Part shown: positions 26,471-40,000 of the stretch, in pieces
Layout: every line of letters begins with the position of its first letter
How positions within the stretch are numbered: the first letter of the stretch is position 1
NCBI GenBank assembly: GCA_043228905.1
Contig: JBHGNT010000010.1
Location: 17,360,001-17,424,000 of the forward strand
Length of the DNA stretch: 64,000 bases
Source: Azolla caroliniana
Taxonomy: Eukaryota; Plantae; Polypodiophyta
Direction of reading: 5' to 3'
Notes under the pieces: generated by a model
What the model was told of the DNA's origin: nothing
Seen by the model: only the letters and a program-made list of their open reading frames with translations
Databases searched by the model: none
Program-made: the position numbers and the translations under genes

Positions 26471-29400
26471 GGTGTCCCTCGGCTCAAGCCGTTAAACTGT
26501 TTATAAACAGTTTCGCGGTTCGGTTGGATCCGGTTCAGGCTTCAGCTTCCTTGACCGGCTTCGGCTCGGTCTAGCAATGCTTAAGCCCAACCGAGTCGAT
26601 TTGGGCCAAACCGGTTATGGCTTAATCATTCTGGCCAAACCGGTTTAGGAACCGGTTCGGTCCAAGTTTGAAAACTCCCAAAACCAGTTAAGCACAAACG
26701 AATGGTTGCCAATTGATGATGGTGATGGTAGTGCATTCCATTCCATTTCATAATGAAGCCCAATTACACTTCATAATTCCCCCGTTGGTTTGTTCGTTCT
26801 TTTCATCATCATCTCCTTCTTCTTCTTCTTGTGTACCATTGCACTATATGATTGATGAGTTGTGTTTTTTAAGGTGAAGGGGGAGGGGTTAATCCATAGA
26901 TTCGTATTCATTGAGTGAGCCACGAGGTTCATTTAAACTTGTTCAACAATTTCACTTCGAAGTGTTTTAATGTTGTTGTATTTCCTTCTCTAATCAAGGG
27001 TCTCTGCATCTATTCTCTTCTTGAGGGGAAATAATTTTGAATAGGTCTCTTGATCATGTGTGGTTGCAATTCAATGTCTACGATCCGCAAGGTATTAATA
27101 GAGAGCGAGGGTGGTTTGTCTGGGATGAGGCATCGACATTAAATTAGGAAATTGAGCAAGATAAACGATTGAATTTCATGAGGCTCTACGACGCGGTGAT
27201 GAAGGCGAGATCTACATGGTCAATATTAGAGAAGTGTGGTGGCAAAATGGCATTATGCATGCCCACTTGCAAGCTTTCGCCTTTAGAGTACCAAACTTGG
27301 ATGAAGGTGTGATTATGGAAGCCCCACCGGTGAAGAAAAGTCCAATGTGGAAGGAAAACCCATCCATTGTTGTAGGTTTAGGGTCATTGATGAATTGGTA
27401 ATGATTTAATAATGAAGATTAATTGGTAATGGGAAAACCCCTTGGTCATTCACACTAATCACTCACTCGCACCTCTTCTTATCTGTCCACATGCACACAT
27501 GTGTGCATGAGTTCACATGCATATCTACTCACACTCACAATTACACTTATAATGGTATACATTACACATACATACAACAACATTAAGTTTCTTCACCCTC
27601 ACTCAACTCCTTGTACATCTCGTACGGTTAGATCCATCATGATCAACACTTTGAAAACATTTACACCTCGTGCTTAATCGCACATAAAAATAAGAATAGA
27701 AGAGGGAAACAACATCACGACCACCAGTTGCCCTTCAAACACGTGAACCGTTGTTTACCTGTTGGAGAAGCAACTACCAATGTGAGATAAAGGTTCTAAT
27801 ATCACTCCAAGAACAATATTTGTGCAAAACATCCCTTAAGAAGCACACCGAAATTAGGAAGAAGGAGATGAATGTGTGAGGGAGATATTGTAGTGAATCA
27901 ATGATGGTGTTATTGTCCACAAACAACCTTGATGGGCCAAAGACATAAAGTGTTAGAGGAGCTTGATAGAATCTGAAGTCCATGCATGTAGAAGCAACAC
28001 AAAGGATTAGTGAGATGAGTTTTCCCATCGCCACGAAGCCAACATTACAACAACATATGTCCATCATTGCTATATGCATAACCAAATAATGTTGCATGAG
28101 TGTCATTCTTCTTATAGACATTGAGTTGGTTGGCATAAATCATTGCTACTAAATCCTTAAGAGCATATCATTGCTAATCATTGTATTATACTCGTGTTTG
28201 TTTGAGCCTTTTGGGTTTGAATTACTCTCTCCACCAACCAACTCAAGGTTTATAAGAAGAATGAAACTCAAATGGTTGAGGTGAATGTTAATTCTTCCAA
28301 TGCAACTTTATGAAAATAAGAGAATCAAAACCAACACCTATAGAATGAGAAGAAAGCAACTAGACTCTTGCATCAACATTACAATAGACAACTTGCCACG
28401 CCAAAACTATAGGTCAATGCACTTAAAAAAGAAGGAGGAAGCTTGTGGGCATAAAAAACGAACAATATAAGTGCAAACATTGCATCATTGTTAAGAGCAA
28501 GTAATTGTTGAACCATATGTAAGTCAAGTGTCGAGGTTGGATAATACTAAGTAGATTGATCCACGAAAGGAAATCCTGGTGGCAATACAAGGTTTTATGC
28601 ATTGCGCATTTGCTGATTAATAGAAAGAGAGGCTACATCCTAAGTATGTTTACTTTGAGATATAGATATATGTGTAACATTTCTTATCGTTGTCCTCGAT
28701 AAAATATGACTTGTGGGGCATGGTAGTATGGGCTACGGTAGAACAAATGATGTGGCCATACGAGGGGTGTCCAAATGATACGATTATTAGAATTCAAAGA
28801 AGAAGGATAATGATGGTGCAACGAAGTCATATGGAAGCTCCTTATATGTTAAAGGCAATGCAAGAGGTATGGGAGTTGTTATGCACCACCACAAAGTGGT
28901 TTATTTGGACTGCTAGATGTTCTAAGGGGTTTGATAATACTACTATTCATCTAGTGGAAAGTGTACGGAATCTCTAGATGCATATGGTGCATACCTTGAA
29001 AGGGCGGTGTGATGAAATTAAAGGTGAGACAAATGTTGCAATGTTGAACACCTCAAATTTATCGCCTATTGGAAGAAGGCCCCTTTTCTCACACTACGAA
29101 ATGCAAGACCCATGTGGTGCTTAGCACCATCAGTATGGTTGTTCACACCACCAATCACATAACTAGGTTATGGAGTGGTGGAGTGCTGATATTATTTATC
29201 CTTTAGGGTTGGGAACCCAAGGAAGAGTGCAACATACTAAGGGTAGCTTGACAGTAGGTCAACGTTCTTATAATGATTGTTTATAATTAATGAAAGGATA
29301 TTTTCCAAGAAAAAATATATATGACTTGTGGGACTACAATGAAACATATAATGTGTTAAATATAACCTACCCATGTGATCCTTGATGTACATAGCAATTG

Positions 29401-29552
29401 CAAATGCAAATTATGACTAAGAGAGAAACGTGTGTAAAGATTGGTTTGTATGGAGTAACGAAGCTCAAATGTGATGGATAGTTGTTATTTCATTATATGT
29501 ATGTCATCATATCTAACTAATGACTCAACATTAAAACCTTACATTTACATAT

Positions 29553-29818
29553 ACTCTTAATTTGAATTCAAGGCATGATCATTAAGACCTGACAAAGTTA
29601 TGAGCTAACACGATAATAGAGAGATTAGAGTTTAACAACATAATCGACTCTTAATTTGAATTCAAAACATGATCATTAAGACATGTCAAAGTTATGAGCT
29701 AACAAAATAATAAAGAGATTAGAGTTTAACAACATAATAGACTCTTAATTTGAATTCAAGGCATGATCATTAAGACCTGTCAAAGTTATGAGCTAACACG
29801 ATAATAGTGACATTAGAG
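29553..29818. repeat. 94-bp tandem repeat, ~2.8 copies
   Basis: Unit actcttaatttgaattcaaggcatgatcattaagac... starts at 29553, 29647 and 29741. Confidence 0.9.
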
Positions 29819-32597
29819 AAGGTGGGGTCATTATTATGGACCTTAATAATGATGAGCAAAAGAATAATGGATTATGGAGATCAATGGATTAAGGGTATTT
29901 ATCCACATCGACCACCCCCGAGCAAAGGGCATGAGACAAATATGAAATACCATTGATATCCCATATCACCAAATATTACCTTTGTGTTATACCTTGATTA
30001 TGATGAAGGGAGGTTAGCTTCACTATCGGAGTATGGATCTCAAAATTTCACAATGAAGAGTGTAGCTAGTTCCCTTTATATAGATTACATGTAAGGGTTG
30101 GTGTTCACCATATGTTCCCACATGTCATAGGTCTTATGGGCCTTTCTAGTTTGTATGATAACTTATTTCTCAACTATCCTACCCTTAGCCCATTAAAATT
30201 ACCTATATTATATAAACTTAGTCCATAGGGTTATGCCTATAACATTCATTTGGAAGCAATGGTGAACAAACATATGGGCTCTAATATATATGTGCAAGTG
30301 TGGTTTTCTTGTGCATACTTGAATATGTATTTGTAGAGTTTTTTTTCCCAAAAAAAACCTCCTTCCATTAGTTATATAAATTTACAAATGAGATATGTAC
30401 AAATCCCTATAGGGACGCGATAGTTCCATCTTATGTGGATGCCCACTCACTCAAGAAAGGGAGAGGACGACCATTGTTGGATGAAGGCTATTCATTGTCT
30501 TTCAACTCCATCAGAGCCGCGCTTGAGGCCATCATATTGGCTCTTTACAATTTCACTCCATATCTCTTGTAGTAACCTTGTTGGATGTCCGGTTTGGTTG
30601 GAGAAGACTCGCCTACGTCGTTGTTTCCATAGAATCCATAGAGTTATTGGGTTGACCAATTCCAACACCTCTTGAGATTTGTCATTAAGAGGAGTGGAGT
30701 GGACATTGCCGCTGGAGGAGAAAAAGACCTCTTGTGCTTTTATCACCAAAGTCATCCCCTCTTCTTGATGCTCGTATCTGCCAACTACGGTCTGCCATGA
30801 TAACCAACATATATTTCCCCACTTGATTGAGCCTTGCACCTGGCATAATTGCAACAAGCGGCCAACCCCCTGCCATATTCGATGGGACGTTCAGCAGTCC
30901 CACAGAGCGTGCTGTGTTGATTCTACTGCATGTGGGCACTCTACACAATTAGGAGAGTTAAGGTTCCCACGTTACCATGCTCCCACCGGTAGGAACTTAT
31001 GTATTAATAGCCATTGAAACGTGGTAATTCGCCTCATGTGTTGTTGTTTCCAGATTTTCTGCCAAAACTTGGTGATTATTGTGGGAGTAACTTGAAATGT
31101 GTGCTAGACCTTTCGCAGTAGTCAACTCTTGGGTGGTTTGAGTAGCTAGAATGTGGCGACCCAATCTAGTTGTGAATTGGAAGAAAATGATGGGTTTGCT
31201 TCATTGCCCCGCGTAGGGATCACGCCATGTCCATTACAAAGGGTCCCAACTGACCTTACGTAGCCATGTGTTTTCATGAGTATATATGTGCCAATCGGGT
31301 TGTACTTTGATCGGATCAGGATCTACAATCCATTTATGACCAATATACGCGAGTACTCAAATTGTGTTATTATGTGTTGGTGTCTAAGTGTCTCGCAATT
31401 CAAAGCCTTTGAGCCTATCTGGTGGTTCCCTACCTCTCGGGATCAAAGATCCCTCCTCCTCGTGGTCTATCCATTTCTCCATTGTCATCCTTTGAGTAGC
31501 AGATTCCCTAATCAGTAGAGCGTTAATGATTTCCGATCTCATAGTCCATCCGCCCCTGATTCCATGGAGTATGTTGGGCTGATCTTGTAGTGGTAGTGAC
31601 ATAAACCATCGCCAACATTCTATACTTTTCCTGGACCTTCTGCAATGTATCCCCATGACAACCCCTTATGTGATCCTAGTAGTTGATTAGATTCATCCTT
31701 GATACATGGGTTCCATAGGATATGTTGACTGAGCCAAGCAGGTTCGGATCTCGGTTGATCACACTTGAGCCCTCGACGAATGTCACACCATGCCTTCCAC
31801 ATGGATGCACTGAAACTATCCTCCAATTGGCGGGAGAAACTAGGTTTGAGATCCATGTTTAGAATCCATCCCGTTTGGGGGCCCCAATTGACCCCTTTTC
31901 GTGGCCTAAAGTAAGCGAAACATAACTGCATTAGCATTTTCCAACGGTCATTTCTTGGTTGGAGTCCTCGCACCACAAAATTGGCAAGTAAGGCTTTCGA
32001 TTGTGAAAGGGGATCAATAAGACCCAATCCCCCTCTCGACTTAGGCGCTGTGAGTATAGGTCACACCACCTTGCCGCGAGCTACATGGTCTTCCTTACCA
32101 GACCAAATGTAGTTGTGGACCAGTCGTTGAATCTAATGTATACTTCCTTGGAGATTGTCTAGCATGATAGACTGTACCATGTTGTTGTGAGTAGTACCTG
32201 ATTTGCCACTATGATGTGACTCGATAGCGATAGTTCTTTTGAGCTCCAATGTATCAACTTTTGTTGAATGGAATGGATAATGGGTGCAATCATAGTCTTC
32301 GATGATATGTTGAAACCAATTTGGAAACCCAAATATTTGGTGCTTGCTCCTTGATTGATCCATTTGAAAGCTGGATGTGGGTGCCATGCCGGATGTGTTT
32401 CCTGAGAGAGCCATATTGCGCAAGATTTGTGCCAATTGATCATGACATTGGATCTCTTGCAAAATACGACTAGCCCACTTTCTAGCTTTTGGAGGTTTTC
32501 CAAGTCCCCTTGCAAGTAGACCATTGTGTCATCTGCAAATTCTATATCCAGGATGCTTTGGTGATAATGAGGTATGGGAAGACCACATAGATTGAGA

Positions 32598-33029
32598 TGT
32601 CGCGAGTTGAGAAATGCAAACGATTGCTTGCGGAAGCATTAGAGAAGCAAAGAAAACAGAAAATATGCAGAGAGTACGCGGGGGGAGACAGAGAGAGCAG
32701 AACGTAAAAGTTATATTCAAAATAATAGTAAACACTCTGTACATACTCTGTGCTAAGTAGCACTATTTATACAAGTCCTACGCGGACTAATAGAAGTATT
32801 GTGTACTTCAATGCTCACACGAGCATCTGACACTAACTCCGAGACTATAACTACCTAGTAATCTAACTTATTACTAGGCTTCCGGTTACTGTTGCATCCG
32901 GCTAACCGGCTCTCTGCTCACTGACTCTGTAGCTTGCCGACTAGGTTGCACACCGGCATACCGATCTATCTCACTTACCGGCTCAGGCTTTTCAGCCGAT
33001 TCGGCTCCAGTTGAGCTTGCCGCTCAACA
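32598..33029 (-). repeat. Copia 3' LTR (~430 bp)
   Basis: Begins TGTTG immediately after the PPT cttgagggggag and ends ...ACA at 32598 (32593 is an alternative end). TATAAATA is present on the minus strand near 32765. Confidence 0.75.
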
Positions 33030-34019
33030 CTCCCCCTCAAGCTCAACTCGAGGTCGGGTTGTAGTGTCATTCTCTGTGGCGACCGGTTCTTTCAACCAGC
33101 TTCTCCTGGCGTCGCTCCGCTTTGCTCGCGCTCCTCATCCGGCCCGGTTCCGTTTGCCGCGACCCCTCTGGTTCTGCGCACCTTGACCTTCTCGGTCGAC
33201 ATGTCTGCTCATCAAGCCCATCTCAGCTCCTTCGCTTCTATGACTCCGGCGTTTGCCGATCCGTCGGTTCCTCCGCGATGGCATTGACTTCCACTGCGTC
33301 CGTGTCTCCTTGGCCTTTGGTTGATTCGACTCATCCGGATCCAACTCTTGATGCGAATCGGCTGTCTCCGACTCGTTCACTCTCTTGTCCGAATCGGTAT
33401 CCTCCGATTCGACTTCCGACATTAGGCCTTTCACCACATCAGACCATGTCCGGGTCTTGGCCTTCTCCGTGCTTCCCTCGGCTTCTTCAGCCGGTTCACC
33501 GAAATCAAATTCTTCATTCGACTCCGCATCATGGTCATTACCACCGTGATGACCTCCGCACATCATGCACTTCTCTTCCTGAGTGCACACTTCTTCTTCC
33601 TTCCGGTTGGCTTGGTCCTTCTTGACTCTGCCACCATAGCCGCTTGCTCCGACTTGTTCGGATATGTCGACTTCCTTCGTCGGCTCAGCTTCTTTCTTCT
33701 TCTTGTCTCCCCTTCTTCCAATTCTTCTCTTACCGACGGGTTCAATAGTTTCTTTGCCTTTGCCCGTTTCGGTAATGTCTTTGCCCTTGCTTCTCCCCCT
33801 CAAGTGCGGCACGTCGAGATGTTGAACACCAAGCATGTCGGTAAAGTGCTGCAACTTGTCATATCGGAGCGGCTTGGTGAAGATGTCGGCAACTTGCCGA
33901 TCCATGTGAACATACCGAAGTTCAACTTCACCGCTCAGGACCCGCTCACGCACAAAATGATAATGCACTTCTATGTGCTTCGTGCAAGCATGGAACACAG
34001 GGTTCTTGGCGAGCTGCAT

Positions 34020-37000
34020 TATTAGAGAGCTAGGTACTAAAGTAAGCTTAAGATAAGGATAAACTAATGATAGATAGAAAGGAGAAAGAGAAAGAAGGGT
34101 GCTGACCACCCCCGAGTGAAGGGATCGAGGCGGACTCAAGGCTCGATCAGCGTCCCATACCACCGTCGTAGCGTCGAGTCGTACCTGGTGCTGGCGCGCT
34201 CGCTACAATAGTTGACCCACCACAAGAGTAGAGTCTCGATGTAGTCAAAAGATGATCAAATGGGGGTAGCTAGGCCTCTTATTTATAGCGATACTCAAGG
34301 CCCCCCAGGCAAGTTCACACTTGACCTAATGGGTTGTCTCAATCCCGAGGATTAAAAGTAATCTTCCCCTTCTTTACACTCTCGTTTAACCCTCACACTT
34401 ATCCACGTGTATAGAATACTACGGTAAATTCTCACCACGGGATATTAAATGGTCATGCCCGTAAAATACTCCCCCTCTTTAAAACATTGCACTCTTGCAA
34501 TGGAAAGTTAGGGAAATTAGTTCTGAGAGTATTTTCGCGTTCTCGTGTGACATCTTTTATTGATTTATCCATCCATTTTATTTTTAATTCTCGGATTTGT
34601 TTAGTACGTAATTTTTTTGTTTTAACATCGAGAATTCTTTCTGGTACATGTGGTTTAGAGGATAATTCTTCAGAAGTAACCAGAGTTTCAGTTGTAACTG
34701 TGTTGTCGCCAAAACCTAGAAGTTCTTTTAGACGACTCACATGGAAGACTGGATGAATTCCAACACCATCGGGAAGAGCGAGACGATAGGCTGATGACCC
34801 AATGCGTTTGAGGACTGTAAAAGGTCCACAAAACCGTGGGGCTAACTTAGCGCACTTACCCGTAGACAATGTCTTAGAATTGTGAGGTACACGTAAAAAT
34901 ACCTTCTGTCCAGGGTTGAATACACGAGGTTGCCTATGATGGTCGGCATAAAAACATGCTCTATCTTGAGCTGTTTTTATATTATCTCGTGCAATATGCA
35001 ACATATCTTGCATATCCCGAAGAAAGTTTTGCGTACTTCGCAACTCATCATGATGTATATTAACATCAATCGGGGCTCGTGGTTGGAAACCATACATCAA
35101 CATAAAAGGACTATATCTCGTCGACGTATGCTTGGAGTTGTTATAAGCAAACTCAAAAATTTGGAGATAACGTTCCCATTTTGTTGGTTTTGCACCAACG
35201 TATGCTCGAAGCATGTCCTCAATAATTTGATTTACTCGTTCTGTCTATCCATCGGATTGAGGATGATCCGTGGAGCTCATGCTCAACGTAGTTTCTAACT
35301 TCTTAAAGACTTGCGTCCAGAAGTCACTAATAAACTTTGGATCTCGATCACTCACGATATCCATCGGTAACCCATAAAAATGAAATAATTCGTCAACGAA
35401 TTGGTAAGCCAATTCAGGAGCTGTTACTGTGGTTTTAGTAGCAATAAATTTGGCCATTTTAGTTAGTCGATCAACGACAACCCAAATGGCATCATGACCT
35501 TTTTGGGTGCGAGGAAGGCTAACAATAAAATCCATGGATATACTTTCCCACTTATTATTGGGAATGTCCAAGGGATGTAAAAGTCTTGTGGCTTTAAGTC
35601 GCTCGACTTTGTTAACCTGACACTGGTGACATTTAGTCACATAACTATGTATGTCAGGACGCATCTTAGGCCAATAAAATTGAGTGGAGATGACAACAAG
35701 TGTACGATGTATTCAAGGGTTCCCTGCTGAGGGTGCATCATGGCATTCAAAAAGAATCCTCTTTTTGACCTCAGGTAAATCTGGAACACAAACCTTCCCA
35801 TTACAGTAGAGCAAACCGTTAGCAATGTGGAAGTATTCCTTCGAGGATGTGGTGGTGTCTGTTCTAGACTCAACTCTTGCCCAGTATTTTGCAAAATAAC
35901 TGTCATCAGGATACTTTCCTCGAAGGTGATCATAAAGATATGATGTTATTTCAGTGAAGCTAAGCATGTTAACTTCACGGATACGACTTAGTGCATCAGA
36001 AACAGTGTTCATGGAACCTTTACGATATCGTATGGAAAAATCAAAGTCCTGGATGAGATCAGCCCATCGTGCCTTACGACCTTTCAGGTCTTGTTGGTCA
36101 CAAAAATATTTCAAGGACTCGTGGTCCGTAGTTACCACAAAGCAATTTCCATAAAGATAATGGCGCCATGTTTTGAGCGCATGTATAACTGCAAATAATT
36201 CCTTTTCTTGAACGGTATACCGACATTGAGCAGAATCAAGTTTCTTACTCTCGAATGCTATTGGTTTACCATCTTGATACAAGACTGCACCTATAACATA
36301 ATCGCTTGCATCAATTTCAACCTAAAAAGGTTTTGAAGGATCAGGTAAAAGAAGTGAAGGAGCCTTGCAAACCAGGTCCTTGAGTTCCTTAAAGGCGAGG
36401 TCTAGTGTAGCATTCCACACAATAGGTTTTGTAGACTTACACGTTTGACCTTTTAAAAGATCAGTAAACGGTGTCGTCAATTGGGAGTAATTACGAAGAG
36501 ACTTTCGCAAAAACCCGACAAAACCAAGGAATGATCGAACTTCTCGAATATTCTGAAGAGTGGGCCAAAGCTTGATTTTCTCAATGCGAGAAGGATCAAT
36601 TTTAACTCCTCGTTCGGTTATGAGATGTCCTAGATAAGTAATTGATTTCTTGAAGAACTCACATTTTGAGATCTTCACATAAAATTGTTTGTCACGCAAT
36701 GTTTGTAAAACAAAGCAGACATGTCTAGCATGTTCTTTTAATGTACAGCTATAAACTAAAATATCATCCAAGAAAATAACGACAAATTTTCCAAGTTGTT
36801 CTCGGAAAATGTCATTCATTTCTTGTTGAAAAGTAGCCGGAGCATTGGTCAAACCAAAAGGCATAACCAAAAACTCGTAATGGCCATAACGCGTACGAAA
36901 TGTCGTTTTAGGAACATCGTCCTCACTTATTCGTATTTGATGGTAGCTAGTACAGAGATCAAGTTTCGTAAAATACCGAGCTCCCTGGAGACGGTCAATT

Positions 37001-40000
37001 AGATCGTCAGCCCGGGGCAATGGATATGAATTCTTGATCGTCACTTTATTCAAGCGTCAGTAATTAATACACATACGCCACGTGCCTTCTTTCTTTTTAA
37101 CCAAGAGAACTGGTGCACCCCATGGAGATTTACTATAACGTATATAACCCATTCGTAAATAGTCCTTGAGTTGCTTAGATACCTCATCCTCTTCGGATCA
37201 ATTTAAGCGATAAGGAGGTATACTTATTGGTGCAACACCAGGTACAATATCTATACGATGGTCTATATTACGTTTAGGAGGTAAGCCATCTGGTGGTTCA
37301 CTCGGAAAAACATCACGAAAATCATTTAAGATTTCATCAAGTTGTTGTTGTTCAAAAAATGTTAATTGAATCGAGACATTATCGATATTATAAACGTGAA
37401 TGTCCGGATCAAGTACACAATAAAATAGAGTAGAACAAGACAACTCAGATATTGATGGACACGAGGAAACAATCGAGAGGGATTGTTTTTTTACACATTG
37501 AATAAAATGAGTACAATCGTTCAGTACAAATGTAATTGAATGATGAACCCAATCAATAGATAAAGAAGAGTTTTTATTATAAAACCAGGGATAACCCAGT
37601 ATTACATCGGTGGTACAAAGATTCATTACATGGAAGTCTACTTCCTCTATATAAGTATCAATAGAAATTCCTAATGAATGAATCGCCTCGTTGATGTATT
37701 GTACTCTTCCATCAGCCAAGTGCACCGTGTAGGTGTGATCACTTATTGTGGGTTGGATTCCCCATATCTGAACCAAACGATCATTCATAAAATTGTGTGA
37801 GCTTCCTGAATCAAATAAAAATTGTACGGGAGATCCATTGATATACCCGTTTGCACGTAGTAAATCATTGGGACCCAATACATAGTGAGGGAAAGAACAT
37901 TGACAATTACTTAAATGATTTGGTGCTTTGTTGTCGTGCTCTTTCCGTTGGAGCTTTCGACATTGATCTTTTGTATGAACCTTCTTTTTGCGGGAAACGC
38001 AAAAAGGATGTTGTCGCTTACCATTGTGATCCATGAATTCGTTGGGTGTCTTGCGTTTCCCAACAAATTGCGACTGCTTAGTCCCAGGCGCTTCATTGGG
38101 TTTGTTGCGGTCCTTCTTCGAAGTGCGTTGAAAGCGAAGAACTATTTCAACGGCCTCTTCGAAGGATTTTGGATCCTTATCGTGCACTATCCAGTGATGG
38201 TCCTAATTGGGGATGCCATTGACAAAACAAGCTATCAACCAATTGTCCCCTTCTAGACCCGATTTTTGGATTTGGGTTCTAGCATGGTGAACATAGTCTT
38301 CTAGCGAGGAAAATTTCCTGCTAGAGAGGTTCATTAAAGCTTGTGTTGCCTCGGTTCGAGAGGGAGGTTGCAGAAATTGGCCCTTAAAACCCGTGACAAA
38401 ATCTGTCCAAGTATCGAGCAATTTCCCCATAGTACGGAGCCCACGCCACCAGGCGGCGGCCTTACCCCCGAGTTCTCGGCCGACATATGCAATCTTCGTA
38501 CTATCTGGCGTGGGATAGAGCTCAAAATGAGACTCCCATCGTCCCAGCCATGTGCATATTGCTTCTTCGGTTCTTTCCTTTTTATCTCCCGTAAATGGCT
38601 TAACGACAAATGATGGTTCACCTTGTCGCTCATCAGGACTATTAGTCTCACGTTGTAGACTAATGACAAGTGCCTCAAGAGCACTCCGAGATTGCCAAAG
38701 TTCGGTCATCTGTTGAAAGGTGAAACTAAGGTATTGGGTTATTTGTGCCAAATACATCTCAATGGACATTTGTCCAGGAGGATTCCCTTGAGTTCCTTCC
38801 GCTTGAGCGGATGACATCGGGTCGTTAATTTGAGCCATTAAAGATTATTTCTGGAAAAGAAATAGGATAAGGTCAGAGAGATAGTCATAACATCATGTCG
38901 TGATGTAAACATATCATGGGCAAACATTAATCGATATCATGATCTCACATCAATACCCCTCTAGACATATGAGATGAGGTTCAAGATCAGGTTATTATGG
39001 TAACACAAAGGTGTTTTAAAAACCATGGGGGTGACAATTTAATGTCTTTCCCTAATCTCTATATCGATTTTTTCATGGCGGCTCCCCGAGGCTCAACCAT
39101 GTATGTTCACGTCATGAGTAGTTTATACACGAAAAAAATGTTAACAATAAATTATGTTTCTTTGCCCACATATGTGGTTTCGGCTCTTTAAGTCCTATTA
39201 TGAGGACCCCGAGGTGCACTTAGACCTTAGTCTAAACATGTGTTATAGTCATATGTATCAAGGATGTTCTATGGTCTTGGTCATATTTGAACTCGAGACC
39301 TCGAGAACAAATACATTAAACACTTGAGCCAACCAAGTAAGTTGCTCTTCTCGAATGCTTAATGTTTGATGCGTATAAGAGATATGCGAGGCATTTGATC
39401 ATATATGTTTTTTTTTTAAAAGAACATATATGTCAAGGGTCCTTATTTCGCCCTCATTTACCAAAACTATGTTGGTACGTTACCTTACCTCAAGTCTCGT
39501 AATTACGATGGCATACGCCAAAGTGCAACCTAATGGTCAAGACAAATTAGCCCTCGTTTCGTAGTAGGCCCACGTGGCCCATCACATGGTCACGTCATTA
39601 CGAATGCCTTTCGTAAGAATGAGCTCATGGTGGCATCGTATCCATGTAACGAGGGAGGGATGTTGGATACGTGTGTCATTGGAGCGACCTCACTTGAAGT
39701 GGGTCAAGCCCTACGTACTCAACATCATTATGGCTATAGGCGTTTCTTTACGTAACGAAATCGAGGTCATCAACGAGGTTGTCAACAATAAAAAATTGTT
39801 GAAAAAGGGATGGTGACAACGCCATTCTCACAAAAATGTGAGGACGGCCACCAACATCCTTTTCCCGACAAGGACAACTTTCGATATAATCACGTAATAA
39901 CGAATATACACATATGTTTACTTATCACATATATACAATCAAATACGTATATACGTGACCACATATGCCTATATTAAACATATCGTTATATTAAATAGCC

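Noticed and set aside
26296-26574. Poly-His and poly-Met/Val ORFs (metal-binding peptide?)
   Set aside because: Products of a GATGGT/GAT microsatellite, with no other gene-like context
26470-30244. Possible MITE (AACCGG-rich 26470-26690) and LTR-element relic ending ...cctataaca at 30244
   Set aside because: It looks TE-derived, but no matching terminal repeat pair, TSD or coding motif could be established by eye
33135-34163. 342-aa ORF as a stand-alone gene
   Set aside because: Its first ~48 codons are Gypsy LTR sequence read in frame by chance. The rest is the split Copia RNase H plus extension.
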